Source: an uncultured Spirochaetota bacterium
GTDB taxonomy: Bacteria; Spirochaetota; Spirochaetia; SZUA-6; Fen-1364
Direction: 5' to 3'
Assembly (NCBI GenBank): GCA_963820525.1
Contig: CAWGAA010000001.1
Span: forward strand, 1,984,001 to 2,048,000
DNA: 64,000 nucleotides
The notes under the pieces were generated by a model. It was not told the DNA's origin and did not search any database. It worked only from the letters and a program-made list of their open reading frames with translations. This document shows positions 36,762 to 44,738 of this stretch, piece after piece. Positions within the stretch are counted from its first letter, which is position 1. Each line of letters starts with the position of its first letter. A program made the position numbers and the translations under genes.

Positions 36762-38303
36762 CTATTCAGCCGGTTGAGCCCGGCGGGCGGGCCCCGATCC
36801 CCTCTTCAAGAAAATCGCCGGGATGACCCCGATGAGCGCCAGGACCGCGGCGATAATGAAAACATCGTCGATGCCGGACACGAAAGCCTGCCGCCCTATG
36901 ATGCCCTGCAGGTACGCCAGGGCCGCCGCCCTGGACTGCCCGAGGGCCGCCCCGGCCGCTGCCGTGAACTTCGAGAAGAAATCAGCCAGCGCCGGGTTCC
37001 ACGGCGTGACGCTCTGCGCCATGTGCGCCGCGTGCACCGCGATCCTGTTGTTGAGCACGCTCGTGAGGACAGCGAGGCCCATGGAGCTGGAAACCCTGTT
37101 GATGATGTTCGTCATGGCGGATGCTTCGCCCACGATTTCAGTGGGGATGTCGACGAGCGCCGCGGTCTGGGCGGGCAGGTTCGCGAGCGCCAGGACGACT
37201 CCCCGGACCATGACCCAGATCGTTATCGTGGCCCAGGGCGTGTCCAGGTTCAGGAAATGGAATATGTACGTGATGAACCCCAGAAGGAGCAGGCCGGCAA
37301 CAACCAGAACACGAGGGCCGACGCGGTCGTACAGGCGGCCGGCTATCGGCATCATGATCCCCGAAACGATGGCTCCCGGCATCATCAAGAGGCCCGTCTC
37401 CATCGCTCCCAGGCCCCGGATGGTCTGGAGGAACAGCGGCAGATAGAAGAGCCCGGCGTACATGCCCACGGTCGCCACGACGATGGCCAGGTTGGCATAG
37501 GTGAAGGAGGGGTAGCGGAAAACCCGAAGGTCGAGCAGCGGGCTGTCCGATGTGAGCTCGAGGTAGATGAAAAGCGCGAGCAGGGCGGCGCTCAAGAAGA
37601 AAAGGATCACCGTGGGCTCGGCTCCCCATCCCCAGTCCGCGCCCTTGCTGAACGCCAGAAGCAGGCAGAACAGGGCGCCGGCCGACGTGATGAAGCCGCC
37701 CACGTCCAGTTTTTTCGTTCTGGCGGTCGTGAACTCCGGCAGGACGAGCAGGGAGAGCAGGATGCCGATGGCGCCGATGGGAAGGTTGATCGTGAAAATC
37801 CACCGCCAGTCCACGTACTCGACAAGATACCCGCCGAGGGTCGGACCGACGGCGGGGGCAACCAGCAGGGCAATGCCGAAGATGCCCATTGCCCCTCCTA
37901 TCTTCTCCCGGGGGACCATCCTGAAGACCATGGCCATCGTGGTAGGCATGATCATGCCGCCGCCGAGCGCCTGGACGACGCGCGCCGCGATGAGCGAGGT
38001 GACGCTCCAGGAAAATGTGCACAGCAGGGATCCGAACATGAACACGGCCAGGGAAACGATATACAACCGCTTCAGCCCCAGCCGCTCGCCCATCCAGCCG
38101 CTCAGCGGAACCACCACCCCGAGAGCCAGCAGGTACGCCGTGGCCACCCATTGAACGTCGCTCGTTCCCGCATTGAAAACGTTCATGATCGTTGGCACGG
38201 CCACGTTGACGATGCTGGAATCCAGGATCGACATGAAGGCGCCGATGAGCGCGACGAGCACCGCGGGAACCCAATGCGTCGAGCCCGCGGATATGCCCTT
38301 CAT
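36762..38303 (-). CDS. DHA2 (EmrB/QacA) MFS efflux permease
   Basis: FMSILDSSIVNVA.P, W..TAY.L, RV.QALGGG...P, PA.GP.LGG...W.WIF.IN.PIG motifs, about 14 TM helices. Confidence 0.92.
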   Translation of the reverse strand: MKGISAGSTHWVPAVLVALIGAFMSILDSSIVNVAVPTIMNVFNAGTSDVQWVATAYLLALGVVVPLSGWMGERLGLKRLYIVSLAVFMFGSLLCTFSWSVTSLIAARVVQALGGGMIMPTTMAMVFRMVPREKIGGAMGIFGIALLVAPAVGPTLGGYLVEYVDWRWIFTINLPIGAIGILLSLLVLPEFTTARTKKLDVGGFITSAGALFCLLLAFSKGADWGWGAEPTVILFFLSAALLALFIYLELTSDSPLLDLRVFRYPSFTYANLAIVVATVGMYAGLFYLPLFLQTIRGLGAMETGLLMMPGAIVSGIMMPIAGRLYDRVGPRVLVVAGLLLLGFITYIFHFLNLDTPWATITIWVMVRGVVLALANLPAQTAALVDIPTEIVGEASAMTNIINRVSSSMGLAVLTSVLNNRIAVHAAHMAQSVTPWNPALADFFSKFTAAAGAALGQSRAAALAYLQGIIGRQAFVSGIDDVFIIAAVLALIGVIPAIFLKRGSGPARRAQPAE

Positions 38304-38734
38304 CGAGAGCCCCCCTCTTCCTCCAGGCAATCGAGGAGAGCCTGCAGATCGCCCGCCATCCTCTCCATCCTCTTCCTTGGAATCGAGCCGAACATTGCCG
38401 AGAGCTTCCTGCGGCTGATCGACGTCAGGCGTTCGATCGCGGCAACGCCCTCGGGCGTCGCCTTGAGCAGGGTTGCGCGCCTGTCCTCCGGGTCCGGCAG
38501 CCGCTCAAGCCATTTGCCCTCGACCAGCCGATCCAGGACCCCCGTAAACGTGCTGGGCGGCACGCCGATCTCCTCGGCAAGCTCGGTGACGCGGCACTCG
38601 TGGTTGCGGCTCATTTTCCACAAGACCAACGCCTCGGTTGTGGAGAAGCCCTCCGCTTCCGCGACGAGCTTCACCTGCCGCAGGAGCTTGCGCGTGATTG
38701 AACTGAAAAGCCCGATGATCTTCTGCTGCTCCAT
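38300..38734 (-). CDS. MarR-family transcriptional regulator
   Basis: ELA...GV..ST.TG.LDRLV..W.ER..DP.DRR...L..T..G. Confidence 0.92.
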   Translation of the reverse strand: MEQQKIIGLFSSITRKLLRQVKLVAEAEGFSTTEALVLWKMSRNHECRVTELAEEIGVPPSTFTGVLDRLVEGKWLERLPDPEDRRATLLKATPEGVAAIERLTSISRRKLSAMFGSIPRKRMERMAGDLQALLDCLEEEGGSR

Positions 38735-38747
38735 GCGCTGCCGTTAG

Positions 38748-38811
38748 TTCAAATTCGTATATTTCGAATCCGAACAATTCTGAAAATACAAATCGCCGGC
38801 GCCGGCGTCAA
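38748..38811 (-). promoter_or_regulatory. marR-operon promoter and putative MarR operator
   Basis: Minus strand TTGACG (38811-38806), N17, TATTTT (38788-38783). Palindrome TTCG-AATC-CGAA (38763-38774) with further TTCG/TTCA half-sites in an AT-rich leader. Confidence 0.55.
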
Positions 38812-38828
38812 CAAAATCGCGGCCGCCC

Positions 38829-38856
38829 TTGACAGCTCACCGGCCGCCCCTACACT
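38829..38856 (+). promoter_or_regulatory. sigma70-type promoter
   Basis: TTGACA-N16-TACACT upstream of ATG 38868. Confidence 0.55.
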
Positions 38857-38867
38857 GGGGGAAAATC

Positions 38868-40448
38868 ATGGACAAGGAGAACGGCAGCATGAAAAAGGCG
38901 AGCCGCTTCGTTCCGCACGCCGTCGTCTTCATCTCCAGCATGGGAATCATGATCGTGGAGCTCGTGGCGAGCCGGCTGGTCTCGAAATACCTGGGAAGCT
39001 CCCTGTATACCTGGACGAGCGTGATCGGGATCGTGCTGGGGGGCATCAGCCTGGGCAACTGGCTCGGCGGCAGGCTCGCGGACCGCCATAAGCCCCGGAA
39101 AATAATCCCCTTCATCCTCCTGGCCGCCTCCGTCCTCACCGTGCTCATCGTTGTATTGGATATCGTGGTCGGCCGTATGACCAACATCTTCCAGAACACG
39201 ACCATCAGCATGAACATCCTCATAAGCTCGGTTCTCCTCATAGCCGCCCTCTTCTTCCTTCCCTCCTGCGCGATGGGGACGGTGTCCCCCGTGATGGCCA
39301 AATACGCGCTGGAGCAGGCACAGGGTGTCGGGAAAACCGTTGGGGGAATCTACGCTGCCGGCGCCCTGGGAAGCATCGCGGGGACGTTCCTCACCGGCTA
39401 CCTCTTGATCCCGGCTCTCGGTCTCACTACCAACATCCTGCTGGTCGGCGCGGCGTTGGCCGCCCTCTCCCTGGCCATGGGAGGGCGCCGCATTGTATCA
39501 GGGGCATGGCTGCTCGCCCTGGCCGCCCTCACGGCCCTCGGAGCGCCGCGCGCCCTTGCGCTCAGGGCCGCGGCCGACCCATTGGGCCGCACACGGCTCG
39601 TCTTCGAGAAGGATTCTCCCTACTCCTACATCCAGGTCACGGACGACACCAGCTGGGGAACGACGGAGAGGGACCTGCGCCTGGATGCCCTGATTCACAA
39701 CCGTTTCGACCCCACCCGTCCCGATGAGCTTCTCTACAGCTATGAGCGGATTTTCGCGGCAATCACGCTGACGGCTTCCCGGGGACTCTCGGCGGATGAA
39801 TCCCTGAAAACCCTGACCCTGGGAGGCGGCGCGTTCACCCTCCCTTCCTACCTTGAACGACACTACCCCAAAGGATCCCACGAGGTCGTGGAGATCGACC
39901 CCGACGTCGTGGAGACGGCGCATCGCTGGTTCGGCCTGTCGCGGGATACCCGCCTCGGCATCACCGTAAAGGACGCGAGAAACTATCTGGATGGGGTCGT
40001 CGGGAAAAAAACGTTCGACATTGTGTACTGCGATGCCTTCAATGCCTTCTCCGTTCCTTCCCATCTCACGACGCGGGAGTTCATCGAGAAAACCGCTGGC
40101 GTCCTTCGCCCGCGGGGATTGTTCCTGGCAAACGTCATCGACATGTTCACGACCGGCAGGTTCCTCAACGCATACCTCAACACCCTGCGCGCGGTCTTTC
40201 CCCAGGTATCGGTTTTCATGTCGTCGGACTCCGGGTTGAGCGGCCGCGCCACGTTCGTCGTCGTGGCGGGGAGGGAGCCCTTCCCGGCCGAGATCCTAGA
40301 GGATTCCACGGGCGCTGTAGTCGGCACTCGCCTTTCGCGAGAGCTCTTGGAGGACCTGGCCGCCAGAAACGGAGGCGCGATCCTCACCGACGACCATGCG
40401 CCGGTTGAAAACCTCATGGCCCCTGTGTTCCTTGGAAATGTGGACTAG
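38868..40448 (+). CDS. fused membrane domain / spermidine-synthase-like SAM-dependent protein
   Basis: ELVASR....GSSLYTW..IG..L.G..LG, G..YA...GS..GT, SPY..I.V, LGGGA, VEIDP.V, DAR, DAF...P.HL.T.EF and LTDD.APVE motifs. Confidence 0.85.
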   Translation: MDKENGSMKKASRFVPHAVVFISSMGIMIVELVASRLVSKYLGSSLYTWTSVIGIVLGGISLGNWLGGRLADRHKPRKIIPFILLAASVLTVLIVVLDIVVGRMTNIFQNTTISMNILISSVLLIAALFFLPSCAMGTVSPVMAKYALEQAQGVGKTVGGIYAAGALGSIAGTFLTGYLLIPALGLTTNILLVGAALAALSLAMGGRRIVSGAWLLALAALTALGAPRALALRAAADPLGRTRLVFEKDSPYSYIQVTDDTSWGTTERDLRLDALIHNRFDPTRPDELLYSYERIFAAITLTASRGLSADESLKTLTLGGGAFTLPSYLERHYPKGSHEVVEIDPDVVETAHRWFGLSRDTRLGITVKDARNYLDGVVGKKTFDIVYCDAFNAFSVPSHLTTREFIEKTAGVLRPRGLFLANVIDMFTTGRFLNAYLNTLRAVFPQVSVFMSSDSGLSGRATFVVVAGREPFPAEILEDSTGAVVGTRLSRELLEDLAARNGGAILTDDHAPVENLMAPVFLGNVD

Positions 40449-40502
40449 AAACTCAAGTACATGGCGAGCGGCGGGCGTGGTGACGGCCTCGCGTTTCCCA
40501 CT

Positions 40503-42095
40503 CTACTCTTCCGCATAGCCCACCAATATCCCGCTACCGGTGATCTTCCCGGAAGTCTGTTGGCTTGTCTGAATAAACTGGATACCGTTTACATCAAAGG
40601 TGTGTTTCAAGGTGTACTGCGCGATGCCGTCGGTGGTGTACTGGTATTCCATGAAGCTTCCATCATCCAACCAGGCCCCCTTGAAGCCGACGATATTCGT
40701 CCACGCGGGGTCCGGGCTGTCGTTGTTCAGCCGATAGGCGCCGTCGAGGCCTCCACGATACTCGATCGAGCGCTTCATCCCGCCACTGGTGCTCACGACG
40801 ACCATTCGATATTCGTCCCCCGTTTCGAAGTACAGGGTCACGCTTTCAAGCCCCATCGGATTCGCATTCAGCCGATACGTTCTTCCGGAAACTTCCTTTG
40901 CCGCCTCAGGCAGGACGGTCAGCGGTTTTCTGGGAGGCCGGCCGCTCGCTCTGACAAGCTCAGCGAGGGCCCTGTTGGATTGCTCGTTTTTCGGCAGCGG
41001 GCCTCCGGGGCTCAGAGCCGGTACAATGTAGGTTTTCATAAGCTCATGGCAGGTGGGAAACGCCGGATTCGGGAAGCCTCCGGTGAATACGGCGACGGCA
41101 TTGAACCGGGGAAGGACGAAGATGTACTGCCCGCCGAAGCCGTGCGCGGAGAAACCCCCGAAGGAATTCATCCACCACAAATATCCATAGCCGTCGTCCT
41201 CCGCAATGTTCATTTTGTCCCTGGTATCCATGTGGCGCATAGTCGACTTATGGACCCAATCCTTCGGCACGATCTGGCGTCCATTCCACATCCCCTCACT
41301 GAGGTAGAGATAGCCGAACCTCGCCAAATCGACGGGCCGGAGCTTCAGCCATGAGTTTCCCAAACTCCGCCCAAGGGAATCTGCGAGCCAGCAAAACTCG
41401 CCAATGCCGAGAGGCGTGAAAAGCTTTTCCCGGGCGTACTCCTTTGCCGTTCTTCCCGTCGCGATTTCGATGATGGCGGAGAGGACATGGGCGGCGCCCG
41501 AGTTGTAGAGAAATGTGCTGCCGGGTTTATCCGCAATGGGCTTCGAGAAGAACTTCTGCACCCAATCCTCCGCGGTGTACGGTCCGGGCGCGATTATGTC
41601 GGCGTATCCCGCGGACATGGTGAGCAGGTTTTCGATCGTCAGCTCGGCAAGGTATGCGTCGCTGTTTTTCTCCCTGACCTGGGGGAAAAAATCGAGGACT
41701 TTCTGATCTCCGCCCCTGATGAAACCCTCACTGATGGCGATCCCCACGAGGGCTGACGTCACGCTCTTGGTCATCGAATAGAGCAGATGCGTTTGATCCC
41801 TCGCGGCGGGGGCGAAGTATGCTTCCGTGACGAGGAAACCGTTTCTGATCAGCAGGAAGCTGTGAACGGGGAGGCCTTCATGAACGATCTTCTCGAGCAT
41901 CTGCACGATCCCGCGGGAATCGATGCCCTGCTCCTCGGGGGTCGACGTCCTCCACTCCTTTTGCGGGTAGTATGCCGCCGGAACCCCGATCTCCGTCGAA
42001 GGCCGGCCGGGCGCGGTAGTCATTGTCGAACAAGCCGCCAGCGCGAGGAGCATCCCCGATATAATGCCGCAAAAGAGCAATGGGAGAGATTTCAT
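40503..42095 (-). CDS. serine hydrolase (beta-lactamase class C-like) lipoprotein
   Basis: Lipobox LAAC, SxxK (SMTK), LLTM.AG, PG..F.YN, YGY.WW and HGFGGQ motifs. Confidence 0.88.
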   Translation of the reverse strand: MKSLPLLFCGIISGMLLALAACSTMTTAPGRPSTEIGVPAAYYPQKEWRTSTPEEQGIDSRGIVQMLEKIVHEGLPVHSFLLIRNGFLVTEAYFAPAARDQTHLLYSMTKSVTSALVGIAISEGFIRGGDQKVLDFFPQVREKNSDAYLAELTIENLLTMSAGYADIIAPGPYTAEDWVQKFFSKPIADKPGSTFLYNSGAAHVLSAIIEIATGRTAKEYAREKLFTPLGIGEFCWLADSLGRSLGNSWLKLRPVDLARFGYLYLSEGMWNGRQIVPKDWVHKSTMRHMDTRDKMNIAEDDGYGYLWWMNSFGGFSAHGFGGQYIFVLPRFNAVAVFTGGFPNPAFPTCHELMKTYIVPALSPGGPLPKNEQSNRALAELVRASGRPPRKPLTVLPEAAKEVSGRTYRLNANPMGLESVTLYFETGDEYRMVVVSTSGGMKRSIEYRGGLDGAYRLNNDSPDPAWTNIVGFKGAWLDDGSFMEYQYTTDGIAQYTLKHTFDVNGIQFIQTSQQTSGKITGSGILVGYAEE

Positions 42096-42270
42096 GCCCA
42101 ACAAGGGTAGGAGGAAGAAAAGCGCGTGTCAATGAGAGGCGCCGTCACTTGTGGCGCACATTCAAAGGAACGCGAGTGGATCGGGGCAACGCTCGCGCCT
42201 ATCGCTGGGTTGATTCCCATTATTCAAGTCTGTACGCTGGGCGTGGTGGCTCAGCAGCCGGAGGATCGAG

Positions 42271-44364
42271 ATGAACAAAGTATCGTACATTTTGAAAGCA
42301 TTCATCCTGCTCGCCATGACGGCATGCAGCACTTCACCCGCCGGCGTCCCTGTCGGTGAACGATATGCAAAGGACAGGCTCGTATTCGTCTCACGGAGCA
42401 CGGGAAACGACGAGATCTATGCCATTAACCTCGATGGCAGCGGCCTGGTCAATCTCTCCAACAATCCCGCAAACGACGGGTTTCCGATCTGGTCGCCGGA
42501 CGGGCTTTCCATTGCATTTCAATCCGATCGCAGCGGGAAGAATGCAATCTACATTATGCGCTCGGATGGCACGCAGGTCCGGGAAGTGGCGGGCACCGGA
42601 CCGTTGGACTATCTCTCCGGATGGTCACCCGACGGACGCTGCCTGCTCATAACCTCCACCCGCGACGTCAATGGGGAAATCTACATTATTACAATCGATA
42701 GCGGAGAAGCGATCAACCTTACCCGGAACCCGGCGGCTGATGAAGCGCCCGCATGGTCGCCTGACGGCAAGAGGATCCTGTTCACATCGGACCGGGAAGC
42801 CCCGAGGGGCAGGCGGATCCTGCAGATCTACGTACAAGACCTCGAGAGCGGGACTATCGCGCGGCTCACCGATTTCGAGCAAGGCGCGGTGGATCCTCTC
42901 TGGTCACCAGATGGAAAGCAAATAGCCTTTGGCGTGGTGCAGAGCAACAATGTTTCGGTGGATACATTCGTGATGCAGGCCGACGGTTCCAACCCGCGGC
43001 CGTTGACGAAATACTATGGCGGCTGGGCGGTGCCGCAGACCTGGTCTCCTGATGGACGCTCTGTGGTGATCAATTACTTCACGGGCGTCCATGGAGAGCA
43101 ATGTGCGACGCAGATCAAGTCTCCCCTTGGCCTCACGGACACGTTTTCACTGCCGGAGGCGGCGATCGCGGGCGCTTACCGACAGCGTTGGTGGACGCCC
43201 CAGACGGCCGCTATCTCCCCGATCGTGCTGCCGCAGGCACCCGCCCCAGCAGCTTTGGAGACGCCGACGACCCTCGTCCTGGTCAACGGCACGCTGATCG
43301 ACGGCACTGGCGCGGGGCCCCGGCATGACGCGGCGATCATGATCAGTGGCGGCAAAATAGCGGCAGTGGGAAATCGTGCCGACGTGAAGATACCGGATAC
43401 GGCGCACGTGATCGACGTCCACGGCGCAGCCATCCTGCCTGGGTTCTTCAACACCCACGTGCACGACGCCTACGATGCATTTAATCTCAAGGCGTGGGTG
43501 CAGGCCGGCGTCACCACAGTGTGCGATCTCAACAACGGGACGCCCGCGTACGACCGGCTTTTCGCATTCCGCGACGCCGTTCTCGCTCACCCCCGCTATA
43601 CGCGCCTGGTAGCAGCCGGCCCGATGGTCACGGTGCCGGGCGGCTACCCCATCGCGTACTGGAACGCCGGCGGCCTCACCGTCACCTCCCCTTCCGACGC
43701 CAGGGAGAAAGTCATGCATCTTCTGGACGCCGGGGCGGATATCATCAAGATACCCCTGGAATCCGGAAGCATCTTCGGTCAGGTCATGCCTATGCTGTCC
43801 AAGGAAGAGGCATCCGCCATTGTCTCCGTCGCCCACGAACGCGGCACAACCGTTCTGGCCCATGTGAGCGTAGTCAAGGATCTGGAAACGGCGATAAACG
43901 CGAAAGTAGACGCCATCGCGCACATGGTGATAGATAAGCTGCCCGACGACCTGATCGCACGGATGGTCGCCGACGACATCTACTGGATCCCCACGCTCGA
44001 GCTCTGGCATAAGACCCACCTCGGTTACGCATTCGTCGAGGACAACCTGCGGCGTTTTGTCGCTGCGGGAGGCAAAGTTGCCTTGGGGACCGATTATGAC
44101 GGCGCGCCGAATGTCAAATTCGATCTTGGAATGCCGACGGACGAAATCAAATACATGAGCGAGGCCGGAATGAATCCCCTGCAGATCATCGTGGCCGCCA
44201 CCAGGAACGCCGCCCATGTAAGCGCCCAGGAAAAAGAGTTGGGAACGCTGGAAACGGGCAAAACCGCCGATGTGCTCGTGGTGGATGGCGATCCGCTGCA
44301 GGACATGAGCGCTCTCACGCGCGTGAAGATGGTGATCCACGGCGGCGTTATTGTCCGCGAATAA
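42271..44364 (+). CDS. lipoprotein: TolB-like (PD40) beta-propeller fused to an amidohydrolase domain
   Basis: Lipobox MTAC. Five WSPDG repeats. LIDGTG...PG...THVH, GVTTV, GAD.IK, AH, GTD and G.LE.GK.AD....GDPL.D. Confidence 0.88.
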   Translation: MNKVSYILKAFILLAMTACSTSPAGVPVGERYAKDRLVFVSRSTGNDEIYAINLDGSGLVNLSNNPANDGFPIWSPDGLSIAFQSDRSGKNAIYIMRSDGTQVREVAGTGPLDYLSGWSPDGRCLLITSTRDVNGEIYIITIDSGEAINLTRNPAADEAPAWSPDGKRILFTSDREAPRGRRILQIYVQDLESGTIARLTDFEQGAVDPLWSPDGKQIAFGVVQSNNVSVDTFVMQADGSNPRPLTKYYGGWAVPQTWSPDGRSVVINYFTGVHGEQCATQIKSPLGLTDTFSLPEAAIAGAYRQRWWTPQTAAISPIVLPQAPAPAALETPTTLVLVNGTLIDGTGAGPRHDAAIMISGGKIAAVGNRADVKIPDTAHVIDVHGAAILPGFFNTHVHDAYDAFNLKAWVQAGVTTVCDLNNGTPAYDRLFAFRDAVLAHPRYTRLVAAGPMVTVPGGYPIAYWNAGGLTVTSPSDAREKVMHLLDAGADIIKIPLESGSIFGQVMPMLSKEEASAIVSVAHERGTTVLAHVSVVKDLETAINAKVDAIAHMVIDKLPDDLIARMVADDIYWIPTLELWHKTHLGYAFVEDNLRRFVAAGGKVALGTDYDGAPNVKFDLGMPTDEIKYMSEAGMNPLQIIVAATRNAAHVSAQEKELGTLETGKTADVLVVDGDPLQDMSALTRVKMVIHGGVIVRE

Positions 44365-44665
44365 TTCTTCTGCGGGTGCACAGTACGGCAATATCGTCGT
44401 ACTGGGGATCTTCTTTGAGATGGGAATACATCACGGTGTCATCCTCGCCGTTTGTGGGAAGAGAAAAGTATCTGTCAAATTGGACAAAGTTCTTCCTGAG
44501 TGAATCGTGCACGGCGGGATCGAGGGAGATCTCCTCCGCATCGACTCTGCTGGAAAGCCTTCCAAGAGCGAACGCATACACTCTGTGCTGGAAGTGGTTC
44601 ACAATCTGCGTAAACGCGCGGAGATCGCCGTCTTTCGCCTTCTGAACCAGGCTGATCGGATCCAT
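44348..44665 (-). pseudogene. truncated ECF sigma factor (start of region 2 only)
   Basis: GGAGG RBS, then LV..AK.GD..AF..IV..FQ.RVY..A...L....DAEEI. Similarity then stops and no region 4 is present. Confidence 0.65.
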
Positions 44666-44738
44666 CAGGGCCTTGCCTCCTCGCAATGATAGATGCTTGG
44701 ACCGGGAAATGGTCGGAAAAGATGCACGAAGGCCTCTG

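Noticed and set aside
36246..38747. 833-aa plus-strand ORF, and many similar long alternative-frame ORFs (e.g. 17294..18781-, 28578..30086-, 44673..46241+)
   Set aside because: High-GC shadow ORFs opposite well-supported genes, with Arg/Gly/His-biased composition and no motifs.
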